Shown piece after piece: positions 1 to 7,493 of a stretch of DNA of 40,327 nt; the first letter of the stretch is position 1, and each line of letters starts with the position of its first letter. The stretch comes from Teseptimavirus PDP351P2. The DNA lies in sequence record OZ035763.1, one strand, 5' to 3'. The translations under genes were made by a program, and so were the position numbers. The notes beneath the pieces were generated by a model. The model was not told where the DNA came from. It worked only from the letters and a program-made list of their open reading frames with translations, and did not search any database.

Positions 1-29
1 TGGAAGAAAGCCAATAAGGAGTGATATGT

Positions 30-299
30 ATGGAAAAAGATAAGAGCCTCATTACGTTCTTAGAGATGTTGGATACTGCGATGGCTCAGCGTATGCTTGC
101 TGACCTTTCGGACCCTGAGCGGCGCTCTCCGCAACTCTATAACGCCATTAATAAACTGTTAGACCGCCATAAGTTCCAGATTGGTAAGTTGCAGCCGGAT
201 GTTCACATCTTGGGTGGCCTTGCTGGTGCTCTTGAAGAGTACAAAGAGAAAGTCGGTGATAACGGTCTTACGGATGACGATATTTACACATTACAGTGA
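30..299 (+). CDS. 18: DNA maturation protein / small terminase subunit (T7 gp18 homolog), 89 aa
   Basis: ORF 21..299 in track; ATG at 30 preceded by AAGGAG; protein MEKDKSLITFLEMLDTAMAQRM... matches recalled T7 gp18 nearly residue for residue. Confidence 0.9.
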   Translation: MEKDKSLITFLEMLDTAMAQRMLADLSDPERRSPQLYNAINKLLDRHKFQIGKLQPDVHILGGLAGALEEYKEKVGDNGLTDDDIYTLQ

Positions 300-302
300 T
301 AT

Positions 303-345
303 ACTCAAGGCCACTACCTATAGTGGTCTTTATGGATGTCATTGT
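303..345 (+). promoter_or_regulatory. RNase III processing hairpin (R18.5-like)
   Basis: ACTCAAGG..CCACTACCTATAGTGG..CTTTATG motif shared with other intergenic hairpins in this window. Confidence 0.4.
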
Positions 346-394
346 CTATACGAGATGCTCCTACCGTGAAATCTGAAAGTTAACGGGAGGCATT

Positions 395-838
395 ATGCTA
401 CAATTTTTACGTAAGCTAATCCCTTGGGTTCTCGCTGGGATGCTATTCGGATTGGGATGGCATCTAGGGTCGGACTCAATGGACGCTAAATGGAAACAGG
501 AGGTACAGAATGAGTACGTTAAGAGAGTTGAGGCTACGGCGAGCACTCAAAGAGCAATCAACGAAATATCGGCTAAGTATCAAGAAGACCTTGCCGCGCT
601 GGAAGGGAGCACTGATAGGATTATTTCTGATTTGCGTAGCGACAATAAGCGGTTGCGCGTCAGAGTCAAAACTACCGGAACCTCCGATGGTCAGTGTGGA
701 TTCGAGCCTGATGGTCGAGCCGAACTTGACGAGCGAGATGCTAAAAGTATTCTCGCAGTGACCCAGAAGGGTGACGCATGGATTCGTGCGTTACAGGATA
801 CTATTCGTGAACTACAACGTAAGCAGGAAATCAAGTAA
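395..838 (+). CDS. 18.5: Rz-like i-spanin (T7 gp18.5 homolog)
   Basis: 147-aa ORF with N-terminal transmembrane segment LIPWVLAGMLFGLGW; matches recalled gp18.5. Confidence 0.9.
   Translation: MLQFLRKLIPWVLAGMLFGLGWHLGSDSMDAKWKQEVQNEYVKRVEATASTQRAINEISAKYQEDLAALEGSTDRIISDLRSDNKRLRVRVKTTGTSDGQCGFEPDGRAELDERDAKSILAVTQKGDAWIRALQDTIRELQRKQEIK
510..761 (+). CDS. 18.7: Rz1-like o-spanin embedded out of frame in 18.5 (T7 gp18.7 homolog)
   Basis: 83-aa ORF nested in another frame of 18.5, same length and arrangement as T7 18.7; lipobox-like ISGCAS. Confidence 0.75.
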   Translation: MSTLRELRLRRALKEQSTKYRLSIKKTLPRWKGALIGLFLICVATISGCASESKLPEPPMVSVDSSLMVEPNLTSEMLKVFSQ

Positions 839-847
839 GGAGGCAAC

Positions 848-1330
848 GTGTCTACTCAATCCAATCGTAATGCGCTCGTAGTGGCGCAACTGAAAGGAGA
901 CTTCGTAGCGTTTTTGTTCGTCTTATGGAAGGCTCTGAACTTACCTGTACCAACTAAGTGTCAGATTGACATGGCTAAGGTACTGGCGAATGGAGACAAC
1001 AAGAAGTTCATCCTACAGGCTTTCCGTGGTATCGGTAAGTCATTCATCACATGTGCGTTCGTTGTGTGGTCCTTATGGAGAGACCCTCAGTTGAAGATAC
1101 TCATTGTATCAGCCTCTAAGGAACGTGCAGACGCTAACTCCATCTTTATTAAGAACATCATTGACCTGCTGCCGTTTCTCAGCGAGTTGAAGCCAAGACC
1201 CGGACAGCGTGACTCTGTGATTAGTTTCGACGTAGGTCCAGCTAAGCCTGACCACTCTCCTAGTGTAAAATCGGTAGGTATCACTGGTCAGTTAACTGGT
1301 AGCCGTGCTGACATTATTATTGCGGACGAT
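848..1330 (+). CDS. 19: terminase large subunit, exon 1 (codons 1-161)
   Basis: [19 protein letters not shown]... matches recalled T7 gp19 N-terminus; ATPase motif GIGKSF; frame ends ...IIIADD then GAA TAA. Confidence 0.9.
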
Positions 1331-2166
1331 GAATAACCATGTCGTCCTTAAACCCATCTAAACAGGGAAACCCGGAGCCTAACATGGTATACGGCAATCC
1401 TGTGCTAAATGAGACAGCCATAAAGAGCCTTATAGGCTCCCTAAGCGTCTCTAAATGCCAAACGACTAAGTAGTAGGGCCAAGTGGCTCGAAACGGTGGG
1501 AGAGCATTTACGGATGCTCTAAGATATAGTCTCGTCTATGGTGAGAAGCCATAGCACCATTTATTACGTAACACATAAGGAGTCTAACATGACCACTATG
1601 AAGAAAACTCGATATGAAGTAGGTTCAATCCATGAGTCCCCTAAAGGTCCGCTCAAGGTCCTCGAGTACATTCCGGGATATAAGGACCGCTCAACAGGTA
1701 AAAAAGTACATCCTCGCGTAGTAATTCGTATGATGAACACAGGGACTGTGCTCAACGTTCAAACCACGAATATACCAGATGGTAAGTTTGAGGACTATCG
1801 ACGTCCCACAGTTTACGGCATTGGGTATATAGGGTCTTCCATTAAAATCACCGCTAGAGGGACATTCATTCGGCGTGTGTATGACCTATGGGCCAACATG
1901 CTTAAGCGCGTGGTTCATGAGTATCAGGGAGTATCCGTGGACCCAAGATGGCTCAACTTTACGAATTTCTTGGCGACTATTCCTGATGTTAAGGGATATG
2001 CTGCGTGGGAGCGTGGTGAGGATGTTCATCTGGATAAAGACCTAGCTGGGAATAAACGATACTCATTGGAGAACTGTGCGTTCATTCCAGCTAAAGACAA
2101 CATTCGAGAGTCTTCGTTACGTAGGTGGCGTAAGAAATAACGAGCTTACGTTAAGATAATTATTCG
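1331..2166 (+). mobile_element. putative group I self-splicing intron interrupting gene 19
   Basis: Removing 836 bp restores a continuous 586-codon frame (ADD|VEIPSN as in T7 gp19); exon ends in T, insert ends in G; intron 1341-1347 GTCGTCC pairs with exon 1324-1330 GGACGAT giving a U-G wobble at the 5' splice site; core-like GACTAAG (1464-1470) and AAGATATAGTC (1521-1531). Confidence 0.75.
1589..2140 (+). CDS. intron-encoded putative homing endonuclease, 183 aa, degenerate HNH-like C-terminal motif
   Basis: ORF inside the insert with own SD (AAGGAG 8 nt upstream of ATG 1589); C-terminus VHLDKDLAGNKRYSLENCAFIPAKDN resembles an HNH motif; track ORF begins at upstream ATG 1538. Confidence 0.55.
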   Translation: MTTMKKTRYEVGSIHESPKGPLKVLEYIPGYKDRSTGKKVHPRVVIRMMNTGTVLNVQTTNIPDGKFEDYRRPTVYGIGYIGSSIKITARGTFIRRVYDLWANMLKRVVHEYQGVSVDPRWLNFTNFLATIPDVKGYAAWERGEDVHLDKDLAGNKRYSLENCAFIPAKDNIRESSLRRWRKK

Positions 2167-3444
2167 GTGGAAATTCCATCTAACAGTGCAACTATGGGTG
2201 CCCGTGAGAAGCTATGGACTCTCGTTCAGGAGTTCGCTGCGTTACTTAAACCGCTGCCTTCCTCTCGCGTTATCTACCTTGGTACGCCTCAGACTGAGAT
2301 GACTCTCTATAAGGAACTTGAGGATAACCGTGGGTATACCACTATCATCTGGCCCGCTCTGTACCCAAGGACTCGTGAAGAGAACCTATATTACGCACAG
2401 CGCCTTGCTCCTATGCTGCGTGCTGAGTACGATGAGAACCCTGAGGCACTCGCTGGGACTCCTACTGACCCTGTGCGCTTTGACCGTGATGACCTTCGTG
2501 AGCGTGAGTTGGAATACGGTAAGGCTGGCTTCACACTACAGTTCATGCTTAACCCGAATCTGAGTGATGCCGAGAAGTACCCTCTGAGGCTCCGTGACGC
2601 TATCGTAGCGGCCTTAGACTTAGAGAAGGCCCCAATGCATTACCAGTGGCTTCCGAACCGTCAGAACATCATTGAGGACCTTCCTAACGTTGGTCTTAAG
2701 GGTGATGACCTTCATACTTACCACGATTGCTCCAACAACTCTGGTCAGTACCAACAGAAGATTCTGGTCATTGACCCTAGTGGTCGCGGTAAGGACGAAA
2801 CAGGTTACGCTGTACTGTACACCCTGAACGGTTACATCTACCTTATGGAAGCTGGAGGTTTCCGTGATGGCTACTCCGATAAGACCCTTGAGTTGCTCGC
2901 TAAGAAAGCCAAGCAATGGGGAGTCCAGACGGTTGTCTATGAGAGTAACTTCGGTGACGGTATGTTCGGTAAGGTATTCAGTCCTATCCTTCTTAAACAC
3001 CACAACTGTGCTATGGAAGAGATTCGTGCTCGTGGTATGAAGGAAATGCGTATTTGTGATACCCTTGAGCCAGTCATGCAGACTCACCGCCTTGTCATTC
3101 GTGATGAGGTCATTAGGGCCGACTATCAGTCCGCTCGTGACGTAGACGGTAAGCATGACGTTAAGTATTCACTGTTCTACCAGATGACCCGTATCACTCG
3201 TGAGAAAGGTGCTCTGGCTCATGATGACCGATTGGATGCCCTTGCGTTAGGCATTGAGTATCTCCGTGAGTCCATGCAGTTGGATTCCGTTAAGGTAGAA
3301 GGTGAAGTGCTTGCTGACTTCCTTGAGGAGCACATGATGCGCCCTACGGTAGCTGCTACGCATATCATTGAGATGTCTGTGGGAGGAGTTGATGTGTACT
3401 CTGAGGACGATGAGGGATACGGTACGTCTTTCATTGAGTGGTGA
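2167..3444 (+). CDS. 19: terminase large subunit, exon 2 (codons 162-586)
   Basis: Frame resumes GTG GAA ATT ([17 protein letters not shown]...), collinear with recalled T7 gp19 to the C-terminus ...GYGTSFIEW. Confidence 0.9.
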   Translation: MEIPSNSATMGAREKLWTLVQEFAALLKPLPSSRVIYLGTPQTEMTLYKELEDNRGYTTIIWPALYPRTREENLYYAQRLAPMLRAEYDENPEALAGTPTDPVRFDRDDLRERELEYGKAGFTLQFMLNPNLSDAEKYPLRLRDAIVAALDLEKAPMHYQWLPNRQNIIEDLPNVGLKGDDLHTYHDCSNNSGQYQQKILVIDPSGRGKDETGYAVLYTLNGYIYLMEAGGFRDGYSDKTLELLAKKAKQWGVQTVVYESNFGDGMFGKVFSPILLKHHNCAMEEIRARGMKEMRICDTLEPVMQTHRLVIRDEVIRADYQSARDVDGKHDVKYSLFYQMTRITREKGALAHDDRLDALALGIEYLRESMQLDSVKVEGEVLADFLEEHMMRPTVAATHIIEMSVGGVDVYSEDDEGYGTSFIEW

Positions 3445-3481
3445 TTTATGAGGCCAAGGAAGGCCAATTTAAGGAGGTAAT

Positions 3482-3925
3482 ATGCTAAGTAAGAAGAAGT
3501 ATGTAGTCGATAAGGAGACTGGCTGCTGGAACTTTAAGGGTTGTAAGACGAAGAGTGGCTATGGTCGTCTCCGTGTAAATGGAGTCCATTGGATGGCCCA
3601 CAGGTATTCCCTGAGTTGTCATCTAGGCAGACCGATAGCTGACGGAATGGTTGTGATGCACCTGTGCGATAACCCATCGTGTGTTAACCCTGAGCATCTT
3701 AAGGAAGGGACTCAGAAGGAGAACATAGAGGATTGTATATCAAAAGGTAGGGCGATAAAGGCTACCGGTAAACGTGATGTGTCGAGAAGAGACCCTAGCG
3801 AGGAGCGTAAGGCTATAGTTATACGGCGCTACCATAAAGGATGGACAGCAACGTCCATAGCGAGATACCATAAGCTCTCTGTAGCGTGGGTAAAGAGGGT
3901 CATCGAGGCTTACCTAAGTGATTGA
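3482..3925 (+). CDS. free-standing HNH homing endonuclease (HNH_3-like)
   Basis: Strong SD AAGGAGG; motifs GC..GYGR, HR, HLCDNPSCVNPEHL, GTQKEN; no counterpart at this position in T7. Confidence 0.85.
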   Translation: MLSKKKYVVDKETGCWNFKGCKTKSGYGRLRVNGVHWMAHRYSLSCHLGRPIADGMVVMHLCDNPSCVNPEHLKEGTQKENIEDCISKGRAIKATGKRDVSRRDPSEERKAIVIRRYHKGWTATSIARYHKLSVAWVKRVIEAYLSD

Positions 3926-3976
3926 TATTTGAAATTAGTGATACAGGTCTAAGTATATGATTCCAGACCATTATTC

Positions 3977-3999
3977 TAATTCGACTCACTATAGGGAGA
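3977..3999 (+). promoter_or_regulatory. T7 RNAP promoter phiOR-like
   Basis: TAATTCGACTCACTATAGGGAGA, 1 mismatch to the 23-bp consensus. Confidence 0.8.
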
Positions 4000-4089
4000 A
4001 GCCTACCTAAAGATAACTATAAGACTTAAAGTGTCCTATAAGGTAGGTTGTTATTATATAGATACAACCAACATAAAGGAGGGAGACTC

Positions 4090-4239
4090 ATGTTCCGCTT
4101 ATTGTTGAACCTATTGCGGCATAGAGTCACCTACCGATTTCTTGTGGTACTTTGTGCTGCCATTGGGTACGCATCTCTTAATGGAGACCTCAGTTCACTG
4201 GAGTCTGCCGTTTGCTCTATACTCACTTGTAGCGATTAG
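4090..4239 (+). CDS. 19.5: gp19.5 homolog, 49 aa
   Basis: ATG 4090 after AAGGAGGGAG; MFRLLLNLLRHRVTYRFLVVLCAA... matches recalled T7 gp19.5; track ORF 4048..4239 is an upstream extension. Confidence 0.8.
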   Translation: MFRLLLNLLRHRVTYRFLVVLCAAIGYASLNGDLSSLESAVCSILTCSD

Positions 4240-4477
4240 GTCTTCCTGACCGACTGATGGCTCACCGAGGGATTCAGCGGTATGATTGCATCACACCACT
4301 TCATCCCTATAGAGTCAAGTCCTAAGGTATACCCATAAAGAGCCTCTAATGGTCTATCCTAAGGTCTATACCTAAAGATAGGCCATCCTATCAGTGTCAC
4401 CTAAAGAGAGGCTTAGAGAGGGCCTAAGGAGTCCCTAGAGGGTCCTTTAAAATATACCATAAAAATCTGAATGACTA

Positions 4478-4626
4478 TCTCACAGTGTACGGACCCAAAG
4501 TTCCCCCATAGGGGTACCCAAAGCCCAGCCAATCACCTAAAGTCAACCTTCGGTTGGCCTTGAGGGTCCCTAAAGGGTTGGTGGTTGGTCCTTTGGGTTT
4601 ACCTTTGAGTGTCTCTTCGTGTCCCT
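4478..4626. repeat. terminal repeat of the linear genome, single copy as at a concatemer junction
   Basis: TCTCACAGTGTACGGACC...GTGTCCCT is collinear with the recalled T7 160-bp terminal repeat; genome ends map here. Confidence 0.6.
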
Positions 4627-4629
4627 ATC

Positions 4630-4800
4630 TGTTCAACATCCTAAAGTATCCTCCTAAAGTCACCTCCTAAAGTCATTCCTACCGTCTACAGCCTAAAGAC
4701 TACACTTAAAGACCCATTCAGTCAATCCCTATCTTAAAGACCATCCTAAAGACCATCCTAAAGACCATCCTAAAGACCATCCTAAAGCCTATTCCTAAAG
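4630..4800 (+). repeat. left-end CCTAAAG-type short repeat array, including 4 exact tandem copies of AAAGACCATCCT (4736-4783)
   Basis: Repeated CCTAAAG / CTTAAAG heptamers and a perfect 12-mer x4 read directly in sequence; same position as the T7 left-end repeats. Confidence 0.7.
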
Positions 4801-4844
4801 ATGCCTCGTTGTTGCCTATAAAGAGATACCTTTAATCATTGTCT

Positions 4845-4867
4845 TAATACGACTCACTATAAGGGGA
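4845..4867 (+). promoter_or_regulatory. T7 RNAP promoter phiOL-like
   Basis: TAATACGACTCACTATAAGGGGA. Confidence 0.7.
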
Positions 4868-4921
4868 TACCACTTAAAGACCCTTAAAAGAGATTAATTT
4901 GAGAATTTATTAAAAAGAGTA

Positions 4922-4955
4922 TTGACTTAAAGAGTCCTAGGGATTACTATTCATC
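4922..4955 (+). promoter_or_regulatory. host sigma70 early promoter A1-like
   Basis: TTGACT -35 at 4922-4927 in the AAAAAGAGTATTGACTTAAAG context of T7 A1; -10-like element about 17 nt downstream. Confidence 0.6.
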
Positions 4956-5045
4956 TCGTCAACGGGACAACGGCCTAAAGCCACTCCCCGAGATACCAGG
5001 GTCAACCGGATAAGTAGGCAGCCTGTAAGCCATACGAAAAACAGG

Positions 5046-5080
5046 TTGACAGCCTCCTTTAAAAGCTGTAAGATGTACCA
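5046..5080 (+). promoter_or_regulatory. host sigma70 early promoter (single A2/A3-like)
   Basis: TTGACA (5046-5051), 17-nt spacer, TAAGAT (5069-5074). Confidence 0.55.
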
Positions 5081-5149
5081 CGAAATGACGGAACAGTGAG
5101 GCGCAACACTGAAACGCGCTAGGGTCTAACGAAACCTGACCGACATGCT

Positions 5150-5245
5150 CTTTAACAATTTGGTAAATAGCTCTTGAGGTGCACGAATAGCGGATAACTC
5201 AAGGGTATCGCAAGGTGCCCTTTATGATATTCACTAATAACTGCA
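5150..5245 (+). promoter_or_regulatory. RNase III processing site R0.3-like
   Basis: Hairpin with ACTCAAGG...CCCTTTATGAT motif directly upstream of gene 0.3. Confidence 0.5.
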
Positions 5246-5259
5246 CGAGGTAACACAAG

Positions 5260-5622
5260 ATGGCTATGTCTAACATGACTTACAACAACGTTTTCGACCA
5301 CGCTTACGAAATGCTGAAAGAAAACATTCGTTATGATGACATCCGCGACACTGATGACCTGCACGATGCTATTCACATGGCTGCCGATAGCGCCGTCCCG
5401 CACTACTACAGCGACATCTTCGGTGTAATGGCAAGCGAAGGTATTGACCTTGAGTTCGAAGACTCTGGTCTTATGCCGGACACCAAGGACGTAATCCGCA
5501 TCCTGCAAGCCCGCATCTATGAGCAACTTACGATTGACCTCTGGGAAGACGCTGAGGACTTACTGAACGAGTATCTTGATGAAGTCGAGGAAGATGAAGA
5601 ATACGAAGAGGACGAAGAGTAA
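5260..5622 (+). CDS. ocr: Ocr, anti-restriction DNA mimic (T7 gp0.3 homolog)
   Basis: [22 protein letters not shown]... with acidic C-terminal tail; matches recalled T7 Ocr. Confidence 0.95.
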   Translation: MAMSNMTYNNVFDHAYEMLKENIRYDDIRDTDDLHDAIHMAADSAVPHYYSDIFGVMASEGIDLEFEDSGLMPDTKDVIRILQARIYEQLTIDLWEDAEDLLNEYLDEVEEDEEYEEDEE

Positions 5623-5774
5623 TGGCTAACAATACGCAATACGGTCTGACCGCTCAAACTGTGCTGTTCTATAGCGACATGGTGCGCTGTGGGTTTGATT
5701 GGTCGCTCGCAATGGCACACCTTAAGGAACTGTACGAAAACAATAAGGCAATAGCTTTGGAGTCTGCTGAGTGA
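5622..5774 (+). CDS. 0.4: gp0.4 homolog, 50 aa (FtsZ inhibitor in T7)
   Basis: ATG overlaps ocr stop (TAATG); [25 protein letters not shown]... read manually; too short for the ORF track. Confidence 0.8.
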   Translation: MANNTQYGLTAQTVLFYSDMVRCGFDWSLAMAHLKELYENNKAIALESAE

Positions 5775-5825
5775 TAGGCTCAAGGTCGCTCAATACGAGT
5801 GGCCTTTATGATTATCACTTTACTT
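5775..5825 (+). promoter_or_regulatory. RNase III processing site R0.5-like
   Basis: GGCTCAAGG...GTGGCCTTTATGATT hairpin motif. Confidence 0.5.
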
Positions 5826-5834
5826 ACGGGAGTA

Positions 5835-5966
5835 ATGTATATGCTTACTATCGGTCTACTCACCGCTCTGGGTCTAGCTGTAGGCGCATCCTTTGGGAAG
5901 GCTTTAGGTGTAGCTGTAGGCTCTTACTTGGTCGCTTGTATCATCACGGGAGCACTACGCAAATGA
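5835..5966 (+). CDS. 0.5: gp0.5 homolog, small membrane peptide, 43 aa
   Basis: MYMLTIGLLTALGLAVGASFGKALGVAVGSY... read manually; hydrophobic. Confidence 0.7.
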   Translation: MYMLTIGLLTALGLAVGASFGKALGVAVGSYLVACIITGALRK

Positions 5967-6274
5967 TGAAACATTACGTTATGCCTATCCACACCAAGAA
6001 CGGCGCTACAGTTTGCACACCTGATGGGTTCGCAATGAAACAGCGTATCGAACGCCTTAAGCGTGAACTACGCATCAACCACCTGAAAACCAACTACGGT
6101 ATAGATGAATCAGTGTACCGTAAGATGTATAAGGCACAACATGGGGTCTGCGCCATATGCAAACAACCTGAAAGCATTGAAGGTAGGCAACTATGTGTTG
6201 ACCATTCGCACATTACAGGAGACGTAAGGGGGACTTCTGTGCTCAAACTGCAACAGAGGAATAGGTCTGCTTAA
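5963..6274 (+). CDS. 0.6: gene 0.6 N-terminus fused to an Endonuclease VII-like domain, interrupted by +1 frameshift at a G5 run (domain continues in +1 frame to 6329)
   Basis: MMKHYVMPIHTKNGATVCTPDGFAMKQRIERLKRELRIN matches recalled T7 gp0.6; then CAICK...VDHSHITGDVRG (EndoVII-like); +1 frame after GGGGG 6228-6232 reads LLCSNCNRGIGLLKD...YLTGKL. Confidence 0.7.
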   Translation: MMKHYVMPIHTKNGATVCTPDGFAMKQRIERLKRELRINHLKTNYGIDESVYRKMYKAQHGVCAICKQPESIEGRQLCVDHSHITGDVRGTSVLKLQQRNRSA

Positions 6275-6342
6275 AGACTCACCTGAACTACTTCGCAACG
6301 CTTTCCATTATTTAACTGGTAAACTCTGAAGGACAAACTGCA

Positions 6343-7422
6343 ATGAACATTATCGACATCATGAACGCTATCGACGCAATCAAAGCACTACCAATCTGTG
6401 AACTTGACAAGCGTCAGAGTATGCTTATCGACTTACTGGTTGAGATGGTAAACAGCGAGACATGCGATGGCGAGATAACCGAACTGAATCAGGCACTTGA
6501 GCGCCAAGACTGGTGGACTACCTTGAAGTGCCTCACGGCTGACGCAGGTTTCAAGGTGCTTGGTAATGGTCACTTCTCGGCTGCTTACAGTCACCCGTTG
6601 CTGCCCAACAGAGTGATTAAGGTGGGCTTTAAGAAAGAGGACTCAGGCGCTGCGTATGCCGCATTCTGCCGCATGTATCAGGGCCGCGCTGGTATCCCTA
6701 ACGTCTACGATGTACAGCGCCACGCTGGATGCTATACGGTTGTGCTCGATGCACTGAATGACTGCGAGAGTTACGATAACGATGAGCATTATAAATACGC
6801 TGAGATTGCAAGAGACATCATTGACTACGAATCAGATGAGCACGATGGGTTGACTGGATGGGATGGCGAGTTCGTCGAGACTTGTAAGCTAATCCACAAG
6901 TTCTTTGAGGGCATCGCTTCATTCGATATGCACAGCGGGAACATTATGTTCAGTGATGATGATGTGCCCTTCATTACCGACCCTGTATCGTTCTCACAGA
7001 AGAAAGATGGCGGCTCGTTCAGTATCGACCCCGAGGAACTCATCAAGGAAGTCGAGGAAGTCGCACGACAGAAAGAAATTGACCACGCTAAGGCCCGTAA
7101 AGCACGTCATGTGGGTCGATTGGAGGCGCGCAGATTCAAGCGCCGTAACCGTAAGGCACGCAAAGCACACCAAGCGAAGCACAAGAGAATGTGCGCACAG
7201 TGGCGTATGGCTGAGCGTCAAGAACGACGTAACCATGAGGTAGCTGTAGATGTACTGGGGAAGGACAATAACGCTATGCTCTGGGTTAATATGTTCGCTG
7301 GGGACTTTAAGGCGCTTGAGGAACGAATCGCAGCGCACTGGTTCCAAGCTGACCGGAAGGCTATCGCTAATGGTCTTCCGCTTAACATCGACAAGCAACT
7401 TGACGCAATGTTAATGGGCTGA
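6343..7422 (+). CDS. 0.7: protein kinase / host shutoff protein (T7 gp0.7 homolog)
   Basis: 359 aa, collinear with recalled T7 gp0.7. Confidence 0.95.
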   Translation: MNIIDIMNAIDAIKALPICELDKRQSMLIDLLVEMVNSETCDGEITELNQALERQDWWTTLKCLTADAGFKVLGNGHFSAAYSHPLLPNRVIKVGFKKEDSGAAYAAFCRMYQGRAGIPNVYDVQRHAGCYTVVLDALNDCESYDNDEHYKYAEIARDIIDYESDEHDGLTGWDGEFVETCKLIHKFFEGIASFDMHSGNIMFSDDDVPFITDPVSFSQKKDGGSFSIDPEELIKEVEEVARQKEIDHAKARKARHVGRLEARRFKRRNRKARKAHQAKHKRMCAQWRMAERQERRNHEVAVDVLGKDNNAMLWVNMFAGDFKALEERIAAHWFQADRKAIANGLPLNIDKQLDAMLMG

Positions 7423-7424
7423 TA

Positions 7425-7490
7425 GTCTTATCTTACAGGTCATCTGCGGGTGGCCTGAAATAGATACGATTTACTAACCGGAAGAGGCAC
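7425..7490 (+). promoter_or_regulatory. RNase III processing site R1-like
   Basis: Intergenic hairpin-capable sequence between 0.7 and gene 1, same position as T7 R1. Confidence 0.4.
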
Positions 7491-7493
7491 TAA

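Noticed and set aside
2318-2563. Alternative-frame + strand ORFs inside large genes (2318-2563, 6905-7243, 19138-19455, 16263-16478, 32124-32312, 25443-25625)
   Set aside because: T7 annotations include a few such nested ORFs (for example 19.2, 19.3, 4.1, 4.2), but without SD evidence or recognisable sequence I cannot support them.
848-3444. Reading gene 19 as two separate terminase genes, or the insert as an intein
   Set aside because: The two parts are collinear with a single T7 gp19 once 836 bp are removed. The insert starts with an in-frame stop and carries its own SD and ORF in another register, so it cannot be an in-frame intein. Exon-end U, intron-end G and P1 pairing fit a group I intron better.
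4630-4800. Short direct repeats near the genome end considered as a possible CRISPR array
   Set aside because: Repeat units are 7-12 bp with no spacers of regular length, and they lie at the position of the known T7 end repeats; no cas genes present.
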